64,000 bases of DNA, taken from positions 1-64,000 of the IMG/VR virus record IMGVR_UViG_2773857812_000003; one strand, given 5' to 3'. This DNA is from a virus (Duplodnaviria > Caudoviricetes). A program made the position numbers and the translations under genes. Below the pieces are notes generated by a model, which searched no databases, was not told the origin of the DNA, and was given only the letters and a program-made list of their open reading frames with translations. Shown here one piece after another: positions 35,401-44,629 of the stretch (its first letter is position 1; each line of letters starts with the position of its first letter).

Positions 35401-37269
35401 CTCCTGCCCGACAACTCGGAGCGTCGTGCCAAGCAGAAGGCGCTGGATATCCGGGTGATCATGGGCAACCCGCCCTATTCCGTCGGGCAAAAAAGCGACG
35501 ACGATGAAGCATCCAATGTGACGTATCCTCGACTTAACGAACGCCTTAGGGAAACATACGTTGGACATTCAAGTGGAAACCCACGCAGCCTGTATGATTC
35601 ATATATCAAGGCTATTCGATGGGCGTCTGACCGCATCGGTGACAGCGGTGTCGTTGCCTACGTTTCGAACGCGGCTTGGATCGAAACCCATGCAGCCGAT
35701 GGGATGCGCAAATGCCTCGCCGAAGAGTTCAGCGATCTCTACATTTTCCATCTGCGAGGGAACGCAAGGACCGCAGGGGAGCAGCGGCGCAAAGAACGCG
35801 GCAACGTGTTCGGCGAAGGGACACGCACGCCAATCGCGATTGCCGTTCTGGTCAAAAATCCCGACGCCGCCGAACACGGGTGCCTCCATTTCTACGACAT
35901 TGGCGATTATCTCGACCAGAAACAGAAGCTGAACGTCATTCGCGACTTCGGCTCGATCGACGGTATCACCAAGGCGAAGGGATGGCGGCGCATCACGCCA
36001 GACGAAAACAACGATTGGCTGGACCAGGTTGATCGCAGCTTTGATCGGTTCTTTGAGATTGGAAACAAAAAAAACAAAACTACTGAGAGAATTTTCGACT
36101 CCTATTCGGCGGGCGTAAAAACCAATCGCGATGCATGGGCCTACAACTCGTCGCGATCGCGTGTCCGGCAGTCGATGACTAAGACCATTGCTTACTATAA
36201 CGATGGAATTGAGCGAGGGATTGGAGATTCGGCGCAGCTTGATGACCCAACCTCAATGAGCTGGTCATGGGTTCTTCGACAAAAATTCGAAAAGAGTGTG
36301 CGCGCGGAATTTAACGAAGAAAAGCTAGTTCGATCGCTTTACCGTCCATTCAACATTCAATGGTTGTTCTACGATGGGTTGCTGAATGAGAACCGATATT
36401 TGATTCCTCGACTGTTTCCGTCAGGCCAAGAACACAATCCCACCATTTCTATGACTGGCATCGGCGCCGCGAGCTTTTCCGTGATCATGACCGACATGGT
36501 GCCATGTCTGGACTTGTCCGCTAAAAGCCAGTGCTTCCCGCTCTACCTCTATGGAGAAACCCAACCCGATGATGGCCTCTTCGCCACTGCGGGCGATCAG
36601 GCCACTGGCCCCACCCGCAGCGATGCCATCACCGATAAAAGCCTCGCGCATTTCCAAGCCGCCTATCCGGGTGAGGCAATCAGCAAGGAAAACCTGTTCT
36701 ATTACATCTACGGCCTTCTGCACTCGCCCGACTACCGCGAGCGGTTCAAGAACAATCTCGCCAAGCAACTGCCTCGCATCCCGGCGGTGAAGAGCTTTGC
36801 CGACTTCGCCGCCTTCCGCGACGCCGGCCGCGCCCTCGGCCAACTGCATGTGAATTTTGAAAGCGTCGAGCCCTACATGGTGACCTTCAAGGAAGGCGAC
36901 CACCGCCTGATCCCCGAGGCCCAGGCCGACCCGGTGAAATTCTACCGCGTGAAAAAGATGAAGCTCGGCGGCAAGGGCAAGACCAAGGACCGCACCACCG
37001 TCATCTACAACGACCGCATCACCATGCAGAACATCCCCCTGGAGGCCTGGGATTACGTCGTGAACGGCAAACCCGCCCTCGACTGGGTGATGGAGCGCCA
37101 GGTGGTTAAAACCGACCCCGCCAGCGGCATCACCAACGACGCCAACGACTACGCCAACGAGACCGTCGGCAACCCTCGCTACCCCCTGGAACTGTTCCAG
37201 CGGGTGATTACTGTGAGCCTCGAGACGATGAAGATCGTGAACGGTCTGCCGGAACTGGAAATTGGGTGA
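32410..37269 (+). CDS. Type ISP restriction-modification enzyme (LlaGI/LlaBIII-like)
   Basis: Mrr-type GIDL..IQCK nuclease, ACGTGKT/DEAH helicase, DPFTGTG and NPPY methylase, C-terminal TRD. Confidence 0.93.
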   Translation: MQLRDLLDSYRQAARSEREKGDYFERVVRVYLENDDAQKQYYSAVVPFAQWAKEQGWSKADTGIDLVATLADGSGYAAIQCKFYAPNHTIQKPDIDSFISAASNDLFTRLIIADTTQKEFGKNASGTLDKLSKDWNRISISELEASRIDWSQFLRTGTVSLAPKKQLRPHQRDALKAVTEGLAEADRGKLIMACGTGKTFTGLRIAEALAGPGKRVLFMVPSLALMSQTVREWSNDRQQEFTAFSACSDVRIGRNADADSLDLNVHDLAFPATTDPQRLAQQVAAAPPNRMTVVFSTYHSIDVLTRAQKNHGLPEFDLVICDEAHRTTGVTLKDEDDSTFVRIHSNDHVAAKKRLYMTATPRIFGDAARRKADDHDAELASMDDEDKFGKDLFHRGFGWAVENNLLTDYKVVVLAVDEGLISTTIQNRLKDGPELTLDDATKIIGCYKALTKADLAEDLAFDPRPMRRALAFCQTIAKSKIIEDEFTKVVDEYTGSELIDDARHLTTEVRHIDGTFNATARDEMLNWLKADAGEDTCRILTNARVLSEGVDVPALDAIMFMHPRKSQIDVVQSVGRVMRRAEGKKMGYVILPVAIPPDTTPEEALKDNERYQVVWQILNALRAHDERLDARINQAKLGEDISDKVELVRISSESELRELTAVVDDFATSKTRAEKTGANIGQEGRDPTITDLGPEQGAFVFDEFTRAIMAKIVEKCGTRDYWDSWAKDIAKIAQTHITRITTITAKPGPEQTAFRAFLDELHDDLNPEITEADAIEMLAQHLITKPVFDALFKDSKFTEANPVSRAMETVLCQLHEHNLAKEAESLDKFYASVARRAEGIKTAHGRQSLITELYDRFFRNAFPRLTQRLGIVYTPVEVVDFIIHSVNDVLKAQFGQTLGSKGVHILDPFTGTGTFITRLLQSGLIAPDELEHKYKHEIHANEIVLLAYYIAAVNIETVYHELAQGGLQADAPYHSFTGILLTDTFQMYEQKRDMIANLLPDNSERRAKQKALDIRVIMGNPPYSVGQKSDDDEASNVTYPRLNERLRETYVGHSSGNPRSLYDSYIKAIRWASDRIGDSGVVAYVSNAAWIETHAADGMRKCLAEEFSDLYIFHLRGNARTAGEQRRKERGNVFGEGTRTPIAIAVLVKNPDAAEHGCLHFYDIGDYLDQKQKLNVIRDFGSIDGITKAKGWRRITPDENNDWLDQVDRSFDRFFEIGNKKNKTTERIFDSYSAGVKTNRDAWAYNSSRSRVRQSMTKTIAYYNDGIERGIGDSAQLDDPTSMSWSWVLRQKFEKSVRAEFNEEKLVRSLYRPFNIQWLFYDGLLNENRYLIPRLFPSGQEHNPTISMTGIGAASFSVIMTDMVPCLDLSAKSQCFPLYLYGETQPDDGLFATAGDQATGPTRSDAITDKSLAHFQAAYPGEAISKENLFYYIYGLLHSPDYRERFKNNLAKQLPRIPAVKSFADFAAFRDAGRALGQLHVNFESVEPYMVTFKEGDHRLIPEAQADPVKFYRVKKMKLGGKGKTKDRTTVIYNDRITMQNIPLEAWDYVVNGKPALDWVMERQVVKTDPASGITNDANDYANETVGNPRYPLELFQRVITVSLETMKIVNGLPELEIG

Positions 37270-37441
37270 TGCAGAAGTCACATGCGGCCCTAACCAGCCC
37301 CTTGATGATGGCTATGGCAGCTGCGCGCTTCCCCGAATCGGGCCCTGGCAGAGCAAAGGAAGATTGCCCCCCGTCGGCTTGTGAGCCAAGCTGATACCGG
37401 CATGGTTCATTCGTTCGTAATCTAAGCGCCATTATCGAAGA

Positions 37442-38479
37442 GTGAATAGACCTGTGGAACTCGATGACCTCGCGAAGCAATGCCAAAGCTGTGCACAGAG
37501 ACACCCGGTTATTGTGTTGGGGAGCGGCGCATCGATTCCTCATGGCATTCGCGGCATGGGGGACTTGGCAATTTGGCTCCGCGACAATGTTCAGGCCGAC
37601 CAAGGACCGGAAATTGATGCCTGGACGCTGGTAAGAACCGCCATGGCGTCGGGCGATCACTTAGAGGCCGCACTAGAAAATAAGGCATTGCCCGAATCAC
37701 TGGTCGTAAAGATCGTCCGTAGCACTTGGGATTTCATCGCTCAGGATGACTACACTCTCCTCAAGTCAGCGATAAAGACAGAAGCGGCCTTTCCTCTCCG
37801 CTCACTGTTCGCGGGATTGTTTCGAAGTACAAACCGCAACATCCATGTTGTAACCACGAACTATGACCGCGTCGCAGAGTATGCCGCTGACACAGGTGGT
37901 TACATACACAGGACAGGGTTTCTTCCGGGTTATCTGCGCCGCAGCGATGGGGCGGAGAACCTGATCTTTAAGCAGGGAGCGAACCTGGCTCGTACGGTGA
38001 CGGTCTGGAAAGTTCACGGTTCTCTCGACTGGTTCTCAGACCCACATGGAGGCGTGATGTCTCTGCCAATGACGAGCGAGCTTCCGGATGGTTTGGTTCC
38101 CCTGATCGTCACGCCCGGCGTCAGCAAGTATCAGAGGACGCACGACGAGCCCTTTCGGAGCGCGATTCAGGGCGCCGATCGTGTGCTGAGTGCTGCTAGC
38201 GCATTTATCTGCATAGGTTACGGTTTCCGCGACAGCCATATTCATCCGAAGTTAATGAATCGGTGCCGTGTGCATAATGCTTCGATCCTAGTGGCCGCGC
38301 GCACCCTGACGGACGAAGCGAAAGCCTTTCTCAGGAATGGCGCCGGGCGTCACTACCTCGCGCTCGAAGACCACGATGATGGAACAATGGTATATAACCG
38401 CGACAACCCGGACGGCGTAGTTGTTACCGGCGGCAAGTATTGGGCGTTGCCTACGTTAAACGAATTGATCGGGTTTTAG
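37442..38479 (+). CDS. SIR2-like (SIR2_2) protein, putative NADase effector
   Basis: LGSGAS, TTNYD, KVHGS, IGYGFRD. Confidence 0.88.
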   Translation: MNRPVELDDLAKQCQSCAQRHPVIVLGSGASIPHGIRGMGDLAIWLRDNVQADQGPEIDAWTLVRTAMASGDHLEAALENKALPESLVVKIVRSTWDFIAQDDYTLLKSAIKTEAAFPLRSLFAGLFRSTNRNIHVVTTNYDRVAEYAADTGGYIHRTGFLPGYLRRSDGAENLIFKQGANLARTVTVWKVHGSLDWFSDPHGGVMSLPMTSELPDGLVPLIVTPGVSKYQRTHDEPFRSAIQGADRVLSAASAFICIGYGFRDSHIHPKLMNRCRVHNASILVAARTLTDEAKAFLRNGAGRHYLALEDHDDGTMVYNRDNPDGVVVTGGKYWALPTLNELIGF

Positions 38480-38488
38480 GAGGAAAAG

Positions 38489-40234
38489 ATGGGCATTCTC
38501 GATTTTGATGATGATGAAAGCCTTGGTAAGATTATCGCCGTGGATACGGCGACAGTGACTGTGCGCGTTGATGAACTTGAACGTCTCAAGCGGATTCAGG
38601 TCAATCGACTGACGGCGATCAGGAGCTCGAAGGCTGGGCAGCACCTGATCGGGATTGTCTCACGCATTACACGCAAGGCAGGCGACGAGTCGACCATAGA
38701 TGGTGCTGAAGAAGACCCGGAAGCCACTCTTCCCGAGAACAACCTTGTGCGAGTTGCTCTGATTGGGACACTCGTCGACAAGGAAGGGCTGAAAGAGAAC
38801 GTGTTCAAGCGTACCCTTGAGACTGTGCCCGAAATCGATGCGGACTGCTTTGCCCTAGAAGGTCAGCGGCTGACGGACTTCATGCAGGTCATTTCGCAGG
38901 TTTCTGGCGACGGCCCTCAGCTTGATCTTGGCCGCTATGCGCTGCATGAGGATGCACGGGCGTTCTTGAACGGAAACCGCCTTTTCCAGCGTCATGCCAT
39001 TGTAGTCGGAAGCACCGGAAGCGGCAAATCATATACAACTGCGCGGCTTCTGGACCAGATTGCCGAACTTCCGCAAGCCAACGTTATTTTGTTCGATATC
39101 CATGGTGAGTACCAGACCTTGGATAGTGATGAATTTCGACACCTGCGGATCGCTGGGCCGGGAGACATTGGACAGGATCGTGGGCTGGCTGATGGTGTTC
39201 TACATCTTCCGTTCTGGCTTCTCGGCTATGAGGCATTGGTTTCCTTGTTCGTTGATCGGTCCGATCAGAACGCCCCGAACCAAGCAATGCTAATGACGCG
39301 TTGCATCACCGATGCAAAGCGCATGATGCTCAACCCGGAGCAGCACGCCGATATTCTAGCTAATTTTACCATCGATAGTCCGGTGCCATTCAGTATTGAT
39401 GCAGTTTATCAGGAGCTATCAAACCTGAATGAACAAATGGTACCAGGTGCGAGCAATAAAGAGAAACAGGGGCCTTACTTCGACAAGCTGAGCCGTTTGA
39501 TAGCACGATTTGAAGCCAAGAGAAATGATCGCCGTCTCGGGTTCATATTCCAACCGCCAGAAGCATGCATGGATATGGCGTGGCTGTCGCAAGTCACGCA
39601 CTTACTGATTGGCGGGCGCGGATCACAAGAAGATGGCAAGGGTGGGGTCAAGATCATCAATTTCTCGGAAGTGCCGTCCGACATACTTCCGCTCATGGTC
39701 AGCCTGATCGCTCGGCTGATTTTCACCGTGAGCCAGTGGACGCCACCGGACAGCCGTCATCCTATCGCATTGTTCTGCGATGAGGCGCATTTGTATATCC
39801 CCGAGCGGGCATCGTCAGAGTCAGCCGATGAGATTTCGGTCGGGATTTTCGAGCGGATTGCCAAAGAGGGGCGGAAGTATGGGGTCGGGCTGGTGGTCAT
39901 CAGTCAGAGACCGTCCGAGGTCAACCGCACCGTCCTCAGCCAATGCAACAATGTGATCGCTATGCGGCTGACGAACGGGGATGATCAATCCGTCATCAAA
40001 CGGCTGTTGCCTGACAGCCTCGGCGGTTTTGGTGATCTCCTTCCGGTCCTCGACATTGGTGAAGCGCTGGTGGTTGGTGATGCTAGCTTGCTACCGACAC
40101 GAGTGGTCGTGTCTGCGCCACGCTTCAAACCAAATAGCGCGACAGTCGATTTCTGGGATCGTTGGCGTGACGCGGAGCCGGTTGCGGGAACAGAAGACGC
40201 CGTCCTCTCTTGGCGGAGACAGAGTAATCACTAA
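38489..40234 (+). CDS. herA: HerA/FtsK-like ATPase
   Basis: N-terminal HAS-barrel-like region, GSTGSGKS, CDEAH, KEGRKYG, SQRPSE. Confidence 0.9.
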   Translation: MGILDFDDDESLGKIIAVDTATVTVRVDELERLKRIQVNRLTAIRSSKAGQHLIGIVSRITRKAGDESTIDGAEEDPEATLPENNLVRVALIGTLVDKEGLKENVFKRTLETVPEIDADCFALEGQRLTDFMQVISQVSGDGPQLDLGRYALHEDARAFLNGNRLFQRHAIVVGSTGSGKSYTTARLLDQIAELPQANVILFDIHGEYQTLDSDEFRHLRIAGPGDIGQDRGLADGVLHLPFWLLGYEALVSLFVDRSDQNAPNQAMLMTRCITDAKRMMLNPEQHADILANFTIDSPVPFSIDAVYQELSNLNEQMVPGASNKEKQGPYFDKLSRLIARFEAKRNDRRLGFIFQPPEACMDMAWLSQVTHLLIGGRGSQEDGKGGVKIINFSEVPSDILPLMVSLIARLIFTVSQWTPPDSRHPIALFCDEAHLYIPERASSESADEISVGIFERIAKEGRKYGVGLVVISQRPSEVNRTVLSQCNNVIAMRLTNGDDQSVIKRLLPDSLGGFGDLLPVLDIGEALVVGDASLLPTRVVVSAPRFKPNSATVDFWDRWRDAEPVAGTEDAVLSWRRQSNH

Positions 40235-40546
40235 TTATGAGAGTGGAGGCGATAGCGCATAGTTGATATCGTATTCTCCGCGCGGGTGGAGCTGCGTACT
40301 CCCAGGAGCGCGAAGTGAATGTTCGGAATGTGATCGAGCGGTTGGTTCGTTTGCATTAGCAGCGGGCGACCGCTTTCCGCCCATTTCGAGCCTTCAGCTT
40401 GGGTAGCAACGGCGCTCAAGCCACTACTTTGACTCAACGCCAACTCAACAGATGGACGCCCTTTGAGCGCCTTTCCCGCGCGGCGAAGCACGATGAGAGT
40501 CGCCGAATGCTGGAAGCAAAGCGCGCGATAACAAACGGTTGTGGCG

Positions 40547-40559
40547 CAAGTCGTTGATT
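40547..40559 (-). promoter_or_regulatory. IHF consensus site beside att core
   Basis: AATCAACGACTTG matches WATCAANNNNTTR. Confidence 0.55.
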
Positions 40560-40591
40560 CGTAATGAATCGAGCAATATCAATAGCATAGC

Positions 40592-40636
40592 CTCATAACC
40601 TGAAGGTCACAGGTTCAAATCCTGTCCCCGCAACCA
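40592..40636 (+). repeat. att core: 3' half of initiator tRNA-Met (anticodon loop to CCA)
   Basis: CTCATAACCTGAAGGTCACAGGTTCAAATCCTGTCCCCGCAACCA; no 5' acceptor strand or D arm upstream. Confidence 0.9.
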
Positions 40637-40661
40637 AAAAATACCACAAAATCAAATAGAT

Positions 40662-40694
40662 AGGCCGACGGTATTTTTATACCATCGGCCTTTT
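40662..40694 (+). terminator. Terminator hairpin after tRNA 3' end
   Basis: AGGCCGACGGTAT-TTTT-ATACCATCGGCCT-TTT. Confidence 0.7.
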
Positions 40695-40702
40695 CGCGTT
40701 CT

Positions 40703-40724
40703 ACATCAACACCACATCAACACC
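40703..40724. repeat. Tandem 11-bp repeat, likely integrase arm-type sites
   Basis: ACATCAACACC x2, about 65 bp from att core. Confidence 0.6.
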
Positions 40725-40840
40725 CGAACAGAAAACCGGCAACGGCCCGCATCCGCCGACATTCACTGGCAGCGGACGACGGATGCGTCCGAATCTGACG
40801 GGGGCGCGGATTATCTTCTCCTCATCAATGGAGAGAAAAG

Positions 40841-42850
40841 ATGACCTGCGAAAAACACCTTGCGCTCGGCCTTGTCGCCTCCCTGGCAGAGCGCTTTGGC
40901 CCCGGAAGCAAGATCGCCAAGGAACTGCCGGGCTGGATCGAATATCTGACCGACACCGAATGTCCCGAACGGCCGCGAACCCGGCCCGGCGCTGCCTGGT
41001 GGGGGCGGGTGCGCAGTCTGCTGGATGATCTCTGCCAGGAAGCTGACCGCAGCGAAGGCAATCTGGTGCGGGCAAATGCGACGCGGATCGGCGAGCACTT
41101 CGGTTTGACGGAGGTCGAGGCGCGGATCCTCGAGTTCTTCGCCAACTATCGCATCTTCGATATGTTCGAGCATGTAGTCGATCAGGCGCTGGAAACGAGG
41201 GAGGTGACCCTGCTTTTCCTCGTCGCGCAATTCTCGGGCGCTGAGCAAGGGGAAGTCAGAACGGCACTGCGCCCCGATGCACGGCTGAAAGCTTCGGGCC
41301 TGTTGCAGAACGAGGGTCGCAACTGGTCCAGCCAGAGGGTTCCCTATGCTGTTTCACCTCGATTGGCGGATGCCATGCGGGCGGATGTCGACGACATCGA
41401 GGAATTGGTTGCGTTGCTGTTTCCTGCTGCGCCCACGCCCGACGCCGAATGGCGGGACTTCGAGGGCCTGGGCGAAAGCGCTGATCTCATGCGCAAGCTG
41501 CTGACCAATGCGATCGTGAACGGCACGCCGGGCGTGAACATCCTGCTTTATGGCGCGCCGGGCACGGGCAAGACCGAATTCTGCAAGGTACTGGCCCGCG
41601 AAGTGGGGGCCAGTCTGCGCGCCATCGGCGAGGCGGATGACAGCGGAGAAGAGCCGTCGCGGGGCGAGCGGCTGGCCGAACTCGGCATTGCCGGACGGAT
41701 GCTGTCGGCGCGGCGAGATACCGTGCTGCTGCTGGACGAAATGGAGGACCTGTTCGGTGGCGCGATGCCGTCGTTCTTCCGTCAGGAGCGGATGTCCAAG
41801 GTCTTCGCGAACCGGCTGCTCGAAACCAATCCCGTGCCGACGCTCTGGACCACCAATTCCATTGAGGCCTGCGATCCGGCCTTCCTGCGCCGTATGACCT
41901 TTTCGGTCGAAATGCGCACGCCGTCCGAGCGGGTACGCAAGCGCATCTGGCAAAGGCTCGCCGACCGGCATCAGCCGCTGGCCGAGACGGGCGCGCTGAT
42001 GGCGCTGGCCGGGATCCATGACCATCCCCCGGCGCTGGTGTCCGATGCGATGCGCGTGGCGCGCGACTGCGGCGGTGGGGTTGAGACCTTCGCGCAGGTG
42101 CTGGGGGCCTCGGCCAAGCTGACCAATGGCGGGATCGCGCCGCCGCCGCGTCATCACTCCGAAGCGGCGTGGGAGGCGACTCTGGCCAATGCCGACACCG
42201 ATCTTGCCCTGCTGGAGGCGCGGCTTGCAGGCTTCGATACCGCACCGCGGATATCCTTCTGCCTCGATGGTCCGGCCGGGACGGGCAAGAGCGCATGGGC
42301 GCGGCATCTGGCCAAGCAGCTGGGCCTGCCGGTGATCGAGAAACGCGCCTCGGACCTTCTGTCGATGTGGGTCGGCGGCAGCGAGAAGGCCATCGCGCGG
42401 GCCTTTGCCGATGCGCGGGCGGAGGGCGCGCTGCTGATCTTCGACGAGGCCGACAGCCTGCTGGCCGACCGTCGCAACGCTTCCCGCCAATGGGAGGTCA
42501 GCCAGGTGAATGAGATGCTGACCTGGATGGAAAGCCATCCACTGCCCTTCGTCTGCACCACCAACCTCGCCGAGAACCTCGACCCCGCGACCCAGCGGCG
42601 CTTCACCTTCCGCATCCGCTTCGACTGGCTGCGCGAGGATCAGCTGCCACTGGCATGGCGCGCGCATTTCGGCGCACCGGTGCATGCCGATGTCCGGGCG
42701 CTCGACCGGCTGGCGGCGGGGGACTTTGCCAATGTCGCCCGCAGGATGCGCGCGCTTGGGCAGGATGATCCCGCCACCATCCTCGCGGAATTGCGCCGCG
42801 AGTCCGAGGCCAAGGAAGGCAAGACAAGGGCTATCGGCTTCGGCCGTTGA
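40841..42850 (+). CDS. Double-domain AAA+ ATPase
   Basis: GAPGTGKT/LLDEMED and GPAGTGKS/IFDEADS, TTN sensors, RRF, C-terminal IGF. Confidence 0.9.
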   Translation: MTCEKHLALGLVASLAERFGPGSKIAKELPGWIEYLTDTECPERPRTRPGAAWWGRVRSLLDDLCQEADRSEGNLVRANATRIGEHFGLTEVEARILEFFANYRIFDMFEHVVDQALETREVTLLFLVAQFSGAEQGEVRTALRPDARLKASGLLQNEGRNWSSQRVPYAVSPRLADAMRADVDDIEELVALLFPAAPTPDAEWRDFEGLGESADLMRKLLTNAIVNGTPGVNILLYGAPGTGKTEFCKVLAREVGASLRAIGEADDSGEEPSRGERLAELGIAGRMLSARRDTVLLLDEMEDLFGGAMPSFFRQERMSKVFANRLLETNPVPTLWTTNSIEACDPAFLRRMTFSVEMRTPSERVRKRIWQRLADRHQPLAETGALMALAGIHDHPPALVSDAMRVARDCGGGVETFAQVLGASAKLTNGGIAPPPRHHSEAAWEATLANADTDLALLEARLAGFDTAPRISFCLDGPAGTGKSAWARHLAKQLGLPVIEKRASDLLSMWVGGSEKAIARAFADARAEGALLIFDEADSLLADRRNASRQWEVSQVNEMLTWMESHPLPFVCTTNLAENLDPATQRRFTFRIRFDWLREDQLPLAWRAHFGAPVHADVRALDRLAAGDFANVARRMRALGQDDPATILAELRRESEAKEGKTRAIGFGR

Positions 42851-42899
42851 CCTTGCGCGCATCCGCAAGGAATGTGAGGCGCGGAGAACATGGAAAACA

Positions 42900-43850
42900 A
42901 TGCGCTATTCACGTCAGGAAGATCTGCTGAAGCTGGCCCTGATGATGCAGGGATCGGCGGAAGGGATTTCCATCGCCGACATCGAGCGCGCCTTCGACGT
43001 TTCCCGGCGCACGGCCGAGCGGATGCGCGATGCCGTGCTGCGCGCCTATCCGCAACTGGAGGAGCGCCCCGGTCCGCAGGGTCAGAAATATTGGCGCTTC
43101 CCGCCCGGCACATTGGGCAAGATGGAGGAGCCGACGCTCGACGAACTCGGCGCCGGTCACCGTGCCGTGGCAATTGCCCGGCGCGAGGGCGATCTTGCCA
43201 CGGCCGAAACCCTGGAACTCCTGCTGGCCAAGGTACAGGCAATGTTTCGTGCTGACCGCCGCCGTCGCGTGGCCGCCGATCTGGAGGCGCAGCTTCTGGC
43301 CGATGGCGTGGCCTTCCGCCCCGGCCCGCGCGAACGCATCGCGCCGGAAATCCTGTCCAGCCTGCGCGAGGCAATTCTTGCCGGGGCGATGATCTCGGCC
43401 GACCACCGCGCCCGTGCTTCGGGCAAGCTGTCGCGCGACACCCGGCTTGGCCCGATCGCCATGCTGTTCGGTGAGGGTCGGCAATACCTGCTGGCTTGGA
43501 GCGAATACCAAGACGACCTGCGCCTGTTTGCCTTGGCCGGGTTTGAGCGCATCGCGTTGGAGGATGACATCTATGAGCGCCCCGAGGGCTTCGACCTGCA
43601 GGACTGGCTGGCCGAAAGCTTCGGCATCTGGCGCGAAGAGCCGCAGGACGTGGAATGGCGCTTTCTGCCCGAAGTCGCGGACGAGGCGGCGACCTATGTC
43701 TTTCATCCGAAGCAGGAAACGGAGCGGCTGCCCAACGGCTCGCTGGTGGTGCGGTTCCGGGCTGGCGGGCGGCAGGAAATGGAATGGTATGTGGCCAGAT
43801 GGGGGGAGAATGTGGAAGTCGTATCAAAAGGAAACCTGAATGATATGTGA
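42900..43850 (+). CDS. HTH-WYL-WCX transcriptional regulator
   Basis: SIADIERAFDVSRRTAERM HTH; RQYLLAW...LRLFAL WYL domain; FHPKQ. Confidence 0.88.
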   Translation: MRYSRQEDLLKLALMMQGSAEGISIADIERAFDVSRRTAERMRDAVLRAYPQLEERPGPQGQKYWRFPPGTLGKMEEPTLDELGAGHRAVAIARREGDLATAETLELLLAKVQAMFRADRRRRVAADLEAQLLADGVAFRPGPRERIAPEILSSLREAILAGAMISADHRARASGKLSRDTRLGPIAMLFGEGRQYLLAWSEYQDDLRLFALAGFERIALEDDIYERPEGFDLQDWLAESFGIWREEPQDVEWRFLPEVADEAATYVFHPKQETERLPNGSLVVRFRAGGRQEMEWYVARWGENVEVVSKGNLNDM

Positions 43851-43882
43851 CCGGAAATCTCAAGGCATGACGGGGGTGGGTA

Positions 43883-44629
43883 ATGTTTCATGCGATAAAC
43901 GCAAGAAAAGCTAGGTTCGATCGGGTGATAGACGGCGTTGGAAAGCAGCCGCGCGAGGATTTGATAACCTCGGCGCTGTTTGGCACGATCCAGTTTCTTT
44001 CCGCACCTGCGCAGAAGTTGGCACTGAAGGCACTGATCGGTCAGGAATTGCGTGGTGACGCAGAAATCTTTCTCTGGCCGTATCTGAGGCACCCGGAAGA
44101 AAATGCAGAGCCGGATGTGGTCCTGAGAATTCGCACTGATGATGGCCCTGCCTATTGGATCGTGGAGGTGAAGTGGGGCGCACCTCTCGGTGATGAGCAA
44201 GTCGGTCGTGAAGTCCGGACACTTCGTGATGGCGAATGTCTCCGCGGCGGCCTGCCCGCTGAAAATCGGAACGTGATTGGCTATACTCTGCTCGGAGCGG
44301 AGATGAAGCATACGGAAGCCATGCAGGTAGCCGAGGGAGAGTTTTCCAAACTGACATTCCATAGCCTGACATGGCCAGCGGTAACAGAGCGGCTGCGCCG
44401 TCTGTCCACCGAAAAAAATGACGATCCCGGATTGATTTCGTGGACCAGAACGGCTGAAGATTTTCTCAGGGGCACTCCGAAGGGAAGTGTGCTGGGATCA
44501 TGGCCTCCTGATATCATGATGCCGCCGGCCGCAAGTTTTACTTTCGCAGCAGGCAGGCAGTTTGATCCCGGAAATGCGGTCGGATCAGTACCTGCAGCGC
44601 AATTCAATTTTACCGAGAGGCACAAATGA
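43883..44629 (+). CDS. Hypothetical protein with PD-(D/E)XK nuclease-like motif
   Basis: EDLITSALF, EPDVVL...WIVEVKW; lower GC. Confidence 0.7.
   Translation: MFHAINARKARFDRVIDGVGKQPREDLITSALFGTIQFLSAPAQKLALKALIGQELRGDAEIFLWPYLRHPEENAEPDVVLRIRTDDGPAYWIVEVKWGAPLGDEQVGREVRTLRDGECLRGGLPAENRNVIGYTLLGAEMKHTEAMQVAEGEFSKLTFHSLTWPAVTERLRRLSTEKNDDPGLISWTRTAEDFLRGTPKGSVLGSWPPDIMMPPAASFTFAAGRQFDPGNAVGSVPAAQFNFTERHK

Larger units (their letters stand above)
1..40636. mobile_element. Prophage 1 (left end outside window), siphovirus with GTA-like tail, right end at tRNA-fMet 3' duplication
   Basis: Contiguous lysis-tail-head-terminase-methylase-replication-integrase genes, mostly on the minus strand, then cargo and an att-like tRNA fragment. 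Confidence 0.9.

Noticed and set aside
37270-37441. Cassette recombination sites flanking SIR2-HerA (with 40240..40500)
   Set aside because: The two intergenic regions share no convincing repeat by eye; a genome-wide repeat search would be needed
40592-40636. Functional tRNA-Met gene
   Set aside because: Only the anticodon loop to CCA is present; upstream sequence cannot form the acceptor or D stems
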